Assembly: GCA_021300195.1 (NCBI GenBank)
Contig: JAJTIE010000003.1
Span: forward strand, 31,547 to 95,546
Source of the DNA: Bacteroidota bacterium
GTDB lineage: Bacteria; Bacteroidota; Bacteroidia; J057; JAJTIE01
Reading direction: 5' to 3'
Length of the DNA stretch: 64,000 nt
The notes under the pieces are model-generated. The model was given only the letters and a program-made list of their open reading frames with translations. It did no database searches and was not told the DNA's origin. The translations under genes were made by a program, and so were the position numbers. Positions 1 through 9,534 of the stretch are shown here, in pieces. Positions within the stretch are counted from its first letter, which is position 1; every line of letters starts with the position of its first letter.

Positions 1-581
1 CGCATGGGTGGCAGCCGCACAAGCGAGAATAGCAAAACAGGCAAACTAAGCAGTGCCAGAAAAACAAATGGCCCATGCCAGCCCCAGCGGTTGGCCACTA
101 GCAGCCCCAGGGGCAGGCCCACAGCCGATGCTACCGAAAAACTGCCCATTACAATGCCCATGGCATAGCCGCGCCGCTCGCCAGGCACCTCATCGCCGAT
201 AATAGCGAGCACGCTGCTGCTAAGCAAGCCACCACAGGCACCGGCCAGGATGCGGCAGCCCACCAGCACCCCATAGCCAGGGGCCAGGGCACACCCCACT
301 GTACTGGCTATAAAGCCCGTATAGAGGACGAGTAGAAAGGACTTCCGATCAAATCGATCGGCTATGTAGCCACCCAGCAGGCTGGCCACCCCTGCGCTAA
401 ACTGGTAGGCTGCCACCATCAGCCCAAACTGGCTACTATTGATATGAAACACCTCCTTAAACCGGGGGCCTAGCGGCATCACGATCATGAAGTCTACCAC
501 ATGGGTAAACTGAATGAGCGCCAGGGTAAGCAGCAGGTACAGTTCGGCGCGGGGGGCGCGGCCAGAAAGGATAGAAAGCAT
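1..581 (-). CDS. MFS transporter, N-terminal part (the 3' end of the gene lies beyond the left edge of the window)
   Basis: Absent from the ORF track because it runs off the edge. My minus-strand translation from the ATG (complement of 579-581) gives MLSILSGRAPRAELYLLLTLALIQFTHVVDFMIVMPLGP...GGYIADRFDRKSFLL... This shows consecutive hydrophobic helices and an MFS motif-A-like loop (D-R-x-x-R-K). Confidence 0.75.
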   Translation of the reverse strand, partial: MLSILSGRAPRAELYLLLTLALIQFTHVVDFMIVMPLGPRFKEVFHINSSQFGLMVAAYQFSAGVASLLGGYIADRFDRKSFLLVLYTGFIASTVGCALAPGYGVLVGCRILAGACGGLLSSSVLAIIGDEVPGERRGYAMGIVMGSFSVASAVGLPLGLLVANRWGWHGPFVFLALLSLPVLLFSLVRLPPM

Positions 582-1114
582 GGAGGCTGTAACAGAAGAT
601 AAACGCGAATAAGTTTTCGATCCCAAAAATGCTTTCCCACAGGCCTCCTACCGCCGCTCGCTTGTCAGGCAGATACGCATACGAGATAGGGCACAGTCCC
701 AAAAACGGCTCGTTAAAATCGCGTCAGAACAGGTTGTATCAAATGTTTTGCAACCAAGCTAGTCAATAGGTTGGGATTGTATACTAGTGCTATCCTGCTT
801 TTTATAGGCTAGCTGTGCACATTCCGAGATGAGCATACCAATAGATGCGCGTGACCTCGATGGGGATCACGACCGTTTACTGGAATTCATTTCGCGTGCA
901 CCCCAGGCTGATGCTAGATGCGGTGGACGAACGTCTGCTTGCTTTTGAAAAGTTGGGTGATAAGCTCACAGCCAAAAATGGGGGCGTGAAGACCTAAGCT
1001 GTACAGGGGACAGCCAGCAGGGCCAAAGAAAGGAAGCGCAAGTGTTGCTGAAACGGTGCCTTTCCGAGAGGTGTTCCCGGGACTGGGGTGGCACTCGGGC
1101 CTACCCGGGATTTA

Positions 1115-2845
1115 TCAAACTTGAGTAGTTGGTAGTGTAAACCAAAAGCATGCGCCCACACCATTCGGACCTGTCGTTACGCCCATGTTGCCACCTTGGG
1201 CAAGTACAAACTCATGGGCGATGGCCAACCCCAAGCCATAACTCTTGCCCCGCCCAGCAATGGAGAAGGTGGCAAAACGATCGAAGAGCTTCTGCCGTAT
1301 ATCCTCCGGTATATCTGGCCCCTGGTCGGTTACGCTAAACCGAAGGTGCGCCCCTTCCGTGCTAAACCCTAGTTGAATACTGCCGCCATCCGGACTATAG
1401 CGCAGGGCGTTACCCAATAGATTTATCAGGATCCAAAGTGTCTTTTCGGGGTCGGCCTGAATGAGATGGGGCGGATGGTCGGGCGGCAATAACATGTTGA
1501 TCTGCCGCTGTGCAGCCTGGGTGTGTAGTGTAGTTACGGCCTCGCGCACCAGGGTCTGGGCTTCTATGGTCTGTGGTTTTAGCTGCACACCTACAGCCTC
1601 CAGCCTGGACATGTCGAGCAGTGAGTGTACCAGCTGCTGCATGCGGCTGCTCTCTTGCTGTAGGCGCTCAATTAGTTCTTGCTGCTCGCCATTCAGGCTG
1701 CCTATTCGGTGGTCTCTTAATAGTTGCAGGCTTAGCTGAAAGGTAGCAATGGGGGTATTCAGTTCGTGCGAAACAGTAGCCAGAAAATTGCTTTTGGCCT
1801 GGTGCGCCTGGTGCACCTCTGTTACATTATGAAGCACTAGTAGCGTGCCCAGATATTGCTGTTCCGGATTATCTTGCTGCAAGTTTAGGTAATGTTTTTC
1901 GGGGATGAAGTAGCGCGTTTTTCCATTCGCCTGCAATACTTCCAGCGGTTGCTGAGGCGCTTTTTTCAGGCTCCATAGCTCCCTAAAAAGGTCATTCTTT
2001 GCAGCCAGCTCGCTGGCATCGGCAGTGGCGAGCTGCTGTAGGGGGGGCAGGCCTAGGGCCAATGCCGCCACCGGATTGAAGGCCAATAGCTGTTGTTTGT
2101 GGTCCAGCAAGACCAGGCCATCGGGCATCGTTTTCAGCACCTCATGCAGCCGCATTTTTTCCTGCATCAGTTCGGCAAAGCTGCTTTGGCGATACACCTC
2201 CAGCTCCTGCGCCATCTGATTAAAGGTATGCGCCATCTGTCCCAGTTCATCTTTTCTGTGGGCATCCATACGGTGGTGGTAGTCTCCTCGCGCTATGGCT
2301 TCCATGCTCTCGGATATCTGACGTATGGGGGCCAGCACAGCTGGGGGAAAGTAGCTGAAGAAGAATACCAGCGACAGGATAACACAGCCAGCCAGTGTTA
2401 TTAGCATGCGCCCATACCAGGTGGCCGTTTCTTGTGCTTGCACCTCCTTGGCCTCCAGTGCGTCCAGATTCAGGTCTTCTATATACTGCACCTCATGGGC
2501 TATACGGGGTAGCAGGGCTACATTGGGCTGTTTTTGATAATCAGAAAGCAATTGCTCTAGCCGGTACACGGCCGTTTGCTCACCCGGCTCAGTTATATTC
2601 TCGCTCTCCTGCTTGCTAGTTATCCTTAAGTGCCTCAGTACTTCTCTGTTCTCGGGGTTTTGGATTAGCCGTTCTACGGCATTCTGCATGGTGTGGGTGT
2701 AGCGCAGCGATAGCAGGTTAGCTGTCATACGGTTGGCAGCATCCTGTTCCAGCCTGTAGAAGGCAATGCCACCGGCTAGCATAACGATGAAGACAAGGCC
2801 GATCAGGATGCCAATACTCCAGTAGATTTTGGTTTTGAGGGTCAT
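1115..2845 (-). CDS. Membrane sensor histidine kinase of the kdp locus (TM-HAMP-PAS-HisKA-HATPase), the kinase half of a split KdpD
   Basis: 576-aa ORF with two N-terminal TM segments. It has the H-box SHELNTPI, the N-box LLGNALRYS, and G-boxes DQGPDIP and GLGLAIA. It shares a 4-nt ATGA overlap with the upstream KdpD-N gene. Confidence 0.85.
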   Translation of the reverse strand: MTLKTKIYWSIGILIGLVFIVMLAGGIAFYRLEQDAANRMTANLLSLRYTHTMQNAVERLIQNPENREVLRHLRITSKQESENITEPGEQTAVYRLEQLLSDYQKQPNVALLPRIAHEVQYIEDLNLDALEAKEVQAQETATWYGRMLITLAGCVILSLVFFFSYFPPAVLAPIRQISESMEAIARGDYHHRMDAHRKDELGQMAHTFNQMAQELEVYRQSSFAELMQEKMRLHEVLKTMPDGLVLLDHKQQLLAFNPVAALALGLPPLQQLATADASELAAKNDLFRELWSLKKAPQQPLEVLQANGKTRYFIPEKHYLNLQQDNPEQQYLGTLLVLHNVTEVHQAHQAKSNFLATVSHELNTPIATFQLSLQLLRDHRIGSLNGEQQELIERLQQESSRMQQLVHSLLDMSRLEAVGVQLKPQTIEAQTLVREAVTTLHTQAAQRQINMLLPPDHPPHLIQADPEKTLWILINLLGNALRYSPDGGSIQLGFSTEGAHLRFSVTDQGPDIPEDIRQKLFDRFATFSIAGRGKSYGLGLAIAHEFVLAQGGNMGVTTGPNGVGACFWFTLPTTQV

Positions 2846-3951
2846 GGTTTTGCCAGAATAAGTAAATCAAAGGGGTGGGTATGGTCAGAGCTCGTAAGCT
2901 GCCTTACCAGGTCGCCCCGCCAGAATAGTTGCCAACGCGTGCGCCGTGTTTGGCCCAATACCAGCAGAGAAATCTGTTCTTTTTCGATATGAGCCAGGAG
3001 TGTTTGGGCAATGTTTTGGCCGGGCAGCGTCTGCACCTTGCCGCCCATTTCAGCTGCCAGCTTAAAGAGATTCAGCAGACTGCGCTGCCGCGCCAGGGCA
3101 ATGGTATTGGGGTCTTCGCTCCGGGTTTGTACATACACAGCTTGCCATTCCGCGCCGTTCAGGCTAGCAAGCTGTGCCGTGCGGCGCAGCAGCCATTTGC
3201 CGGTCTGCTCGTTGGTACTGATACTTACGGCTATGCGCTGCGGGCCCACGCGCTGCGCAGTGGGCAGCAGCAGGTTGATGCGGCGGCTCACCACCTGTGC
3301 CGCCAGCTGTAGGGCCAGCCGCCGCAGCTGTAGCAGGTTGTCCTCCTGAAAGAAGTGGCCAAAGGCCTGCTCTGCCCTTCCAGCCTCATACACCTTTCCT
3401 TCCTGTATGCGCTGAAGGAGTTCTTCTGTACTCAAGTCTACGTGTACCAGTTGATCCGCCTGCTCTACAAACTGAAAAGGCACCCGCTCCTGTACAGGCG
3501 CCTGCACAATACGACTTACCTCGTCACTTAGGGTGTCCACATGCTGTATGTTGACAGCGGTGATAACGCTGATACCGGCATCTAGCAGCGCCTCCACGTC
3601 CTGCCAGCGCTTTTCGTGCTGGCTGCCTGGGGCGTTGGTGTGCGCCAGTTCGTCTACCAGTACTACCAGCGGTTTGCGGCGCAGCACCTCCTCCAGGTCC
3701 AGCTCTTCTATGGCCTTGCCCCGGTAGTACACCACTCTGGGGGGTATCTGTGGTATGCCGTTCAGCAACGTCCGTGTTTCGAGCCTGCCATGGGTAACCA
3801 CCACACCTGCCTGCACATCCACCCCCTTGGCCAGCAGCTGGTGGGCTTCGGTGAGCATACGGTAGGTTTTGCCCACACCGGGCGCCATGCCCAGGTATAC
3901 TTTCAGGTGGCCGCGGGCTCGTTTCTGCAAAAGGTTGCCAAACTCCATCAT
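2842..3951 (-). CDS. kdpD: KdpD N-terminal sensor domain plus Usp-like domain protein (soluble half of a split KdpD)
   Basis: 369-aa ORF with the P-loop GMAPGVGKTYRML typical of the KdpD N-terminal domain. The Usp-like C-terminal half has no TM or kinase domain. It is translationally overlapped with both neighbouring genes. Confidence 0.85.
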   Translation of the reverse strand: MMEFGNLLQKRARGHLKVYLGMAPGVGKTYRMLTEAHQLLAKGVDVQAGVVVTHGRLETRTLLNGIPQIPPRVVYYRGKAIEELDLEEVLRRKPLVVLVDELAHTNAPGSQHEKRWQDVEALLDAGISVITAVNIQHVDTLSDEVSRIVQAPVQERVPFQFVEQADQLVHVDLSTEELLQRIQEGKVYEAGRAEQAFGHFFQEDNLLQLRRLALQLAAQVVSRRINLLLPTAQRVGPQRIAVSISTNEQTGKWLLRRTAQLASLNGAEWQAVYVQTRSEDPNTIALARQRSLLNLFKLAAEMGGKVQTLPGQNIAQTLLAHIEKEQISLLVLGQTRRTRWQLFWRGDLVRQLTSSDHTHPFDLLILAKP

Positions 3952-5012
3952 TCTATCTTGATGCTGAGGGCGGCCGTCAGCATCCAGCGGCGATTGGTGT
4001 CTTTATCTTTCTCGGGAAAAATGTCGGCGCCGGCCTGTAGGTAGCGTGCCTCTAGCCGCAGCATAGCCAGCGCAGTAGGCATATAGTCCAGGCCCAGGCT
4101 GCCGCCATACACTTCCACACCGGGGCCACTGGCCGTTGCACTGGCCAGGTTGGCTGCCTTCGGGTCGTTGTAATATTCTGCCCGTAGGCTGCTGCGCCAT
4201 TCCTTGGCCCAGCGATAGCTTGTTATGCAGTTGGCCGTATGCCATAGCTGGCTATCAGGGTTCTTTGGTGCAATCTTGTCCTGCTGACTTCCAACATCGA
4301 ATAAAGCCAGAATGCTAAACTTATCCGACGGTGCCCAGTAGGCATACAGGTCTACAAAATATCGCATACGGTTGCTCAGGCTGTCAGTAGTCTGTTCATT
4401 GCCCACATAGGTACTGGCATTCAACAGCAGTCGGTCGCCGTTCTTGTATTGCAGCTGACCTATAAAGGACTTGGCGTCGTTGGTTTCACGTATGTTTTGC
4501 CAGCCATTTACCATATAGGCATAGCCAGTTAGCCGCTCGCCCAGGGGCAGGGTAAGGCGTGCTCCGGCCAAGTAGTAGGGCGAATTTTCGGCCGAGAAGC
4601 TGCGGGTGTAGGTGGGCAGGTCGTGGCTCAGCGCCCCCTCGTAGCCAAAGGGCGAGGGCAAGATGCCCGCGTCCAACCAGATGCCATTGTGCAGGCGCAG
4701 GCCGCCATAGGCATCTACCAGATAGCGCAGTTCGGCAGGCTCGGCTGCATAGTTGGCAGCCATGTAGGTGCCAAATGCGGGGGTAGCCTGCAGGCGGTAG
4801 CGGTCTGCGCTGTAGGTCAGCTTCAGGGCCAGCAGATTCAGGTTAAAGTTGTTGTGCTGGTTGGCTACATAGAAGTAGGGGCGACTGCGGCCGAGTGTAT
4901 GGCCTATGTCGTACCCATAGTAGCCATCCAGATAGGCACTTATGTGCAGGGTGCTGTCTTGTGCCCGCAGGGTAGATAAAATCAAAGCCAGGAAGAGGAA
5001 AACGCTTTTCAT
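3948..5012 (-). CDS. Outer-membrane porin-like beta-barrel protein embedded in the kdp operon
   Basis: 354-aa ORF with signal peptide MKSVFLFLALILSTLRAQ. The sequence is Y/G/N-rich with an alternating beta-strand pattern. It has 4-nt overlaps with kdpC upstream and kdpD-N downstream. Confidence 0.6.
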   Translation of the reverse strand: MKSVFLFLALILSTLRAQDSTLHISAYLDGYYGYDIGHTLGRSRPYFYVANQHNNFNLNLLALKLTYSADRYRLQATPAFGTYMAANYAAEPAELRYLVDAYGGLRLHNGIWLDAGILPSPFGYEGALSHDLPTYTRSFSAENSPYYLAGARLTLPLGERLTGYAYMVNGWQNIRETNDAKSFIGQLQYKNGDRLLLNASTYVGNEQTTDSLSNRMRYFVDLYAYWAPSDKFSILALFDVGSQQDKIAPKNPDSQLWHTANCITSYRWAKEWRSSLRAEYYNDPKAANLASATASGPGVEVYGGSLGLDYMPTALAMLRLEARYLQAGADIFPEKDKDTNRRWMLTAALSIKIE

Positions 5013-5587
5013 TTCTGTGATTTTAGCGGAAATTTCTGGTCGAGTGCAAGGTTTAGCTCCAAAACATTGACAACAGCCAAACCATATAGGCCCAGCAGAG
5101 GTTCTACCGTGTTTTGCGCAATGAGGGCTTCGATTTGGCCGGTCTTAGCACCCCGTGCTTTGGCAATACGGGCTGCCTGCAGGTGGGCAGCGTAGGGTGT
5201 CAGGTGGGGGTCTATACCGCTGCCGCTGGCTGTAAGCAGCAGGCTGGGGATAGCTATAGCAGATGTGCCGGGATTTTGTACCCAAAAAGTGTCGCGGGCG
5301 GCCTTTACGGCTGCCAAGTGATCGGGGTTGGTAGGGCCTTTATTGCTGCCGCCAGTGGCTGCCGCATTGTAGCCCACCGCCGAAGGTCTGCCATGGAAGT
5401 AGTGAGAAGCGGCAAAGGCCTGCCCTACGTTGGCAAAGCCTACCAGCTTGCCCCGATGGTACACCGGCGACCCAGCAGCCCGCTCCGGCACTAGGGTGCC
5501 TATGCCGAGGATGAGGGCCGGATACAACACCCCAAACACAAGCAGGGTGAAGAGAAACAGGCGAAGTGTGATGAATAGTGTGCGCAT
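5009..5587 (-). CDS. kdpC: Potassium-transporting ATPase subunit C
   Basis: Single N-terminal TM and the conserved ASGSGIDPHLTP motif. I chose the start at MRTLFITL (ATG complement 5585-5587), 4 nt after the kdpB stop. The ORF-track start at 5617 would overlap kdpB by 26 nt. Confidence 0.85.
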   Translation of the reverse strand: MRTLFITLRLFLFTLLVFGVLYPALILGIGTLVPERAAGSPVYHRGKLVGFANVGQAFAASHYFHGRPSAVGYNAAATGGSNKGPTNPDHLAAVKAARDTFWVQNPGTSAIAIPSLLLTASGSGIDPHLTPYAAHLQAARIAKARGAKTGQIEALIAQNTVEPLLGLYGLAVVNVLELNLALDQKFPLKSQK

Positions 5588-5591
5588 GGCA

Positions 5592-7589
5592 TTAGAAGAG
5601 TTGAAGTACAAGGTCAATCAGTTTGATACCGACAAAGGGCGTGAGCAGGCCGCCCAGGCCATACACCAGCAGGTTGTACCGCAGCAGGCGTAGTGCACCT
5701 ACGGGGCGATAAGCCACCCCACGCAATGCCAGGGGCACCAGTGCGGGAATAATGAGTGCATTGAAGATGACTGCGGACAAGATGGCGCTCTGGGGTGAAG
5801 CTAGCTGCATCACATTCAGCACCTCCATACCCGGTATGCTCACCATAAAGAGCGCGGGCAGGATGGCAAAATACTTGGCAACATCATTGGCAATAGAGAA
5901 GGTGGTGAGCGCCCCCCGGGTAATGAGGAGCTGCTTGCCTATCTCCACCACTTCTATCAATTTGGTGGGGTCGTTGTCCAGGTCTACCATGTTGGCCGCT
6001 TCTTTAGCAGCCTGGGTTCCGCTGTTCATGGCTACCCCCACATCGGCCTGCGCCAGCGCTGGTGCGTCGTTGGTCCCATCGCCCATCATCGCTACCATGT
6101 GCCCTTCGGCCTGTGCTTTTTGTATATACGCTAGTTTATCCTGTGGTTTGGCTTCGGCAATGAAATCATCCACGCCCGCCTTTTGCGCGATGTAGGCGGC
6201 TGTTAGGGGGTTATCCCCGGTTACCATCACCGTCTTTACCCCCATCCTGCGTAGCCGCTCAAAGCGGGCCTCTATTCCGGGCTTCAGTATGTCCTCCAGC
6301 TGTATCACCCCCCGCACCTGCTCATTCTTGAGTAGCACCAGCGGCGTACCCCCATTCTGGGCGATGGTGGCCACCCGCTGCACCACCTCCTGGCTCATCT
6401 CGTAGCCCGCCTTTTCGGCTTTGTGGCGCATGGCATCGGTGGCCCCTTTGCGGAGGCGTGTACCATCGGGCAGGTCTACACCACTGCTACGTGTTTCGGC
6501 AGAAAAGGGTACAAAGGTACCCGTGGTAGCGGTAGGCCTGGCTCCATTTCTCAGTGCCAGCTCCACGATGGACTTACCCTCGGGTGTCGTGTCTGCCAGG
6601 CTGGCTATCAGGCATTCCTGCACAAAGTCCTCTGCCGCCACTCCCGGCGCAGGCCAGAGCGCAGTGGCGCGCCTGTTGCCCAGGGTTATGGTGCCCGTCT
6701 TATCCAGCAGCAGGGTGTCTATGTCTCCGGCTGTTTCTACGGCTTTGCCACTCTTGGCCAGCACATTGGCCCGCAGGGCCCGCTCCATACCTGCTATGCC
6801 TATGGCACTGAGCAGGCCCCCGATGGTAGTGGGAATGAGGCAAACAAACAGGGCAATGAGTGAGGCTATGGAGAGCGCCGTATTGGCATAATTGCCGAAG
6901 GGACGTAACGTGACAGTCACTATGAGAAAGATGAGCGTGAACGATGCCAGCAGCAGGGTAAGCGCCACTTCGTTGGGCGTTTTTTGCCGTTTGGCTCCCT
7001 CTACCAGTGCGATCATCTGGTCCAGAAAGGTGTGGCCCGGTTCGCTGGACACGCGCACCACAATGCGGTCGCTCAGCACAGTGGTGCCCCCCGTTACGCT
7101 GCTGCGGTCGCCACCGGCTTCGCGTATCACAGGGGCTGATTCGCCCGTTATGGCGGATTCATCTATGCTGGCCATCCCCTCCACGATCTCTCCATCAGTA
7201 GGCACCATGTCGCCTTTCTCACAGACAAAGAGGTTGCCGCTTGAGAGGCTGGTGGCACTCACCTGGGTTTCGCTACCATCGGCAGCTAGCAGGCGGGCAG
7301 GGGTGTCGCGCCGTGTTTTGCGCAGGCTGGCGGCCTGGGCCTTGCCACGGGCTTCGGCTATACCCTCGGCAAAGTTGGCAAACAGCAGGGTGAGCAGCAG
7401 CAGCAGGCTGATGGAAACATTGTAGGTAAGTTCTGCAACAGGGCCTGTGGCCGTCACCAGGCCCATCAGCAGGGTGCCCACCCACACGGTGAACATCACC
7501 GGATTTTTGACCTGAACCCTGGGGTCCAGTTTGTAGACGGACGCCGCCAGCGCCTGGCGGGCTTGTGCGGCTGTAAATAGCTTGAACAT
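5592..7589 (-). CDS. kdpB: Potassium-transporting P-type ATPase subunit B
   Basis: 665 aa with the DKTGTIT phosphorylation motif, MVTGDN and [10 protein letters not shown]. Confidence 0.95.
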   Translation of the reverse strand: MFKLFTAAQARQALAASVYKLDPRVQVKNPVMFTVWVGTLLMGLVTATGPVAELTYNVSISLLLLLTLLFANFAEGIAEARGKAQAASLRKTRRDTPARLLAADGSETQVSATSLSSGNLFVCEKGDMVPTDGEIVEGMASIDESAITGESAPVIREAGGDRSSVTGGTTVLSDRIVVRVSSEPGHTFLDQMIALVEGAKRQKTPNEVALTLLLASFTLIFLIVTVTLRPFGNYANTALSIASLIALFVCLIPTTIGGLLSAIGIAGMERALRANVLAKSGKAVETAGDIDTLLLDKTGTITLGNRRATALWPAPGVAAEDFVQECLIASLADTTPEGKSIVELALRNGARPTATTGTFVPFSAETRSSGVDLPDGTRLRKGATDAMRHKAEKAGYEMSQEVVQRVATIAQNGGTPLVLLKNEQVRGVIQLEDILKPGIEARFERLRRMGVKTVMVTGDNPLTAAYIAQKAGVDDFIAEAKPQDKLAYIQKAQAEGHMVAMMGDGTNDAPALAQADVGVAMNSGTQAAKEAANMVDLDNDPTKLIEVVEIGKQLLITRGALTTFSIANDVAKYFAILPALFMVSIPGMEVLNVMQLASPQSAILSAVIFNALIIPALVPLALRGVAYRPVGALRLLRYNLLVYGLGGLLTPFVGIKLIDLVLQLF

Positions 7590-7597
7590 AGCGGTGT

Positions 7598-9292
7598 TTA
7601 GATGAGGGTGAGATATTCGGCCACGGGGCCCAGGGCCAAAGCCGGGAAAAAGGCCAGCGCACTCAGTATGAGCACGACAAAGAAGAGCAGCAGGCCAAAG
7701 GTGAAGTTGTCTGTACGCAGAGAGCCTCCCGTTTCGGGCAGGGTCTGTTTGGCAGCCAGCAGCCCCCCTATAGCTACCGGCCCTATGATGGGCAGGAAGC
7801 GAGCCAGCAGCATGATAATGCCTGTGGCATAGTTCCAGAAGGGTGTATTATCGCCCAGCCCCTCAAAGCCAGAACCGTTGTTGGCTGATGAGCTGGTCAT
7901 TTCGTACAGCATCTCGCTAAAACCATGGTAGCCGGGGTTGGCCAGCCATCCGGTAGCATCGCCTTGGGTAGCCTGAATGTGGGCCGCCAGCCCCGTGCCC
8001 AATAGTATCAGCAGCGGGTGCAACAGAAATACCAGTGCCGCCAGCTTGATTTCGCGCGGCTCCAGCTTCTTCCCCCACAACTCGGGCGTGCGGCCTATCA
8101 TCAGGCCACCCATAAAGACCGCCAGCACCACAAATACATACATGTTCAGCAAGCCTACGCCCACACCGCCCCAAAAGGCGTTTACCATCATGCCCAGCAG
8201 CAGGAAGGTGCCGGAAAGTGCGGTAAAGCTGTCGTGCATGGCATTGACCGACCCATTGCTGGTGCAGGTGGTGGTAACGCCCCACAGGGCGGAGAGGCCC
8301 GGCCCAAAGCGTGACTCCTTGCCCTCCATGCTGCCGTCGGGCTGATAGATATCCATTTGGGCAAGTGCTGCATTGCCCTGCACCTCCTGGTACACGGTGG
8401 GCAGCAGCAGCAGGCACAGGTAGCCCGCCATCATCACCCCATACAGCATCCACCCCAGGCGGGGTCGGCCTATGTATCGCCCAAAAGCAAATACCATGGC
8501 CATAGGCAGCAGCAGGATGGCCATCCACTCCAGCAGGTTGCTGGTCACGGTGGGGTTTTCCAGTGGGTGGGCAGAGTTGGGGCCAAAATAGCCACCGCCG
8601 TTGGTGCCCAGCTGCTTGATGGCCACCATGGGGGCAGAGGGGCCACGTGCAATGGTCTGCGTGGCACCCTCTAGGGTAGTCGCCTGTGCGGCACCCTCCA
8701 GCGTAGCGGGCACGCCATCTACCAGCAGGGCCACAGCCAGCAGTATAGCCAGCGGGAGCAGTATGCGTGTGGCGCTTTTCAGAAAAAACACATAGAAATT
8801 GCCCACCAGACCATTGCGGCTCTGGGTTATGGCGCGCATCACTAGCACCAGGGCGGCCATGCCCGTGGCTGCCGATACAAACTGCAGGTAGCAAAACACC
8901 AGCAGCTGGGTGAAGTAGCTGGCCCCCGTTTCGCCACTATAGTGCTGCAGGTTGGTATTGGTCATGAAGCTGATGGCGGTGTTGAAAGCCTGATGAAAGG
9001 GCATGTTGGGTATGCCATCAGGGTTAAGCGGCAGGCTGGCCTGAACCATAAGGATGACCAGCGCCCACAGGAAGAATAAGCCATTCAGCACCAGCAGGGC
9101 CAGCAGGTTCTTCTGCCAGCTATGCTCGGCTGCGGGGTCTATGCCCGCCAGGCGCAAGAGGCGACGCTCTAGCGGTGTCAGGAAGTCGAGCAGGGTGCGT
9201 TCGCCCCTGTAAACACGGGCCATGTAGCGGCCCAGCGGGTAGGCGAGCAGGGTGGTAACTGCTAATAGCAGCAACAAGGAGAGGTAGAGCAT
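7598..9292 (-). CDS. kdpA: Potassium-transporting ATPase subunit A
   Basis: 564-aa polytopic membrane protein located between kdpF and kdpB. Its size and N-terminus ([28 protein letters not shown]) fit KdpA. Confidence 0.9.
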   Translation of the reverse strand: MLYLSLLLLLAVTTLLAYPLGRYMARVYRGERTLLDFLTPLERRLLRLAGIDPAAEHSWQKNLLALLVLNGLFFLWALVILMVQASLPLNPDGIPNMPFHQAFNTAISFMTNTNLQHYSGETGASYFTQLLVFCYLQFVSAATGMAALVLVMRAITQSRNGLVGNFYVFFLKSATRILLPLAILLAVALLVDGVPATLEGAAQATTLEGATQTIARGPSAPMVAIKQLGTNGGGYFGPNSAHPLENPTVTSNLLEWMAILLLPMAMVFAFGRYIGRPRLGWMLYGVMMAGYLCLLLLPTVYQEVQGNAALAQMDIYQPDGSMEGKESRFGPGLSALWGVTTTCTSNGSVNAMHDSFTALSGTFLLLGMMVNAFWGGVGVGLLNMYVFVVLAVFMGGLMIGRTPELWGKKLEPREIKLAALVFLLHPLLILLGTGLAAHIQATQGDATGWLANPGYHGFSEMLYEMTSSSANNGSGFEGLGDNTPFWNYATGIIMLLARFLPIIGPVAIGGLLAAKQTLPETGGSLRTDNFTFGLLLFFVVLILSALAFFPALALGPVAEYLTLI

Positions 9293-9294
9293 GG

Positions 9295-9375
9295 CTAAAA
9301 TCTTTCGGGGTAAATGAGTACGTACAGCAGGTAGCCCGATAGGACTATGCAGGTAATCAACAGGAATACATCCAT
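9295..9375 (-). CDS. kdpF: KdpF, 26-aa single-TM subunit of the Kdp complex (below the ORF-track size cutoff)
   Basis: My translation gives MDVFLLITCIVLSGYLLYVLIYPERF. Its TAG stop lies 2 nt before the kdpA ATG. The hydrophobic helix and the C-terminal Y-x-L-I-x-x-E-x-F pattern resemble E. coli KdpF (...GYLVYALINAEAF). Confidence 0.7.
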   Translation of the reverse strand: MDVFLLITCIVLSGYLLYVLIYPERF

Positions 9376-9401
9376 ACGACAGGTGGTTTTAGCACCTCCT
9401 T

Positions 9402-9417
9402 ATTCAACCCTGTGCCA
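9402..9417 (-). promoter_or_regulatory. Candidate sigma-54 (-24/-12) promoter of kdpFABC, with an imperfect -12 element
   Basis: The minus strand reads TGGCACAGGGTTGAAT about 27 nt upstream of the kdpF ATG. The -24 TGGCAC is perfect. The -12 reads TTGA instead of TTGC and the spacing is one nt short. A sigma-54-dependent activator gene lies directly upstream. Confidence 0.3.
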
Positions 9418-9441
9418 GCACTTACATCTTTTTTTTATTAC

Positions 9442-9454
9442 ATTGATAATCAAT
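9442..9454. promoter_or_regulatory. Palindrome ATTGAT-A-ATCAAT, a candidate activator binding site
   Basis: Perfect 6+1+6 inverted repeat in the AT-rich kdp leader, about 30 nt upstream of the -24 element. Confidence 0.3.
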
Positions 9455-9494
9455 TAAATAAAGTAAAATATAGACCTGCGCCACCGCAAAAGAC

Positions 9495-9509
9495 CTATCA
9501 TATTGATAG
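9495..9509. promoter_or_regulatory. Palindrome CTATCA-TAT-TGATAG, a candidate activator binding site
   Basis: Perfect 6+3+6 inverted repeat. It shares the TTGATA core with the 9442-9454 palindrome, and the two centres are about 54 bp (roughly 5 helical turns) apart. Confidence 0.3.
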
Positions 9510-9534
9510 ACCCGATTCTCAGAATGATAAATTT

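Noticed and set aside
845-997. A 50-codon plus-strand ORF (MRVTSMGITTVYWNSFRVHPRLMLDAVDERLLAFEKLGDKLTAKNGGVKT) in the gap between the MFS gene and the kdp kinase gene.
   Set aside because: It has no recognisable motif, no -7 box in front and a weak start context. Only the C-terminal half looks protein-like. I cannot support it as a gene without conservation data.
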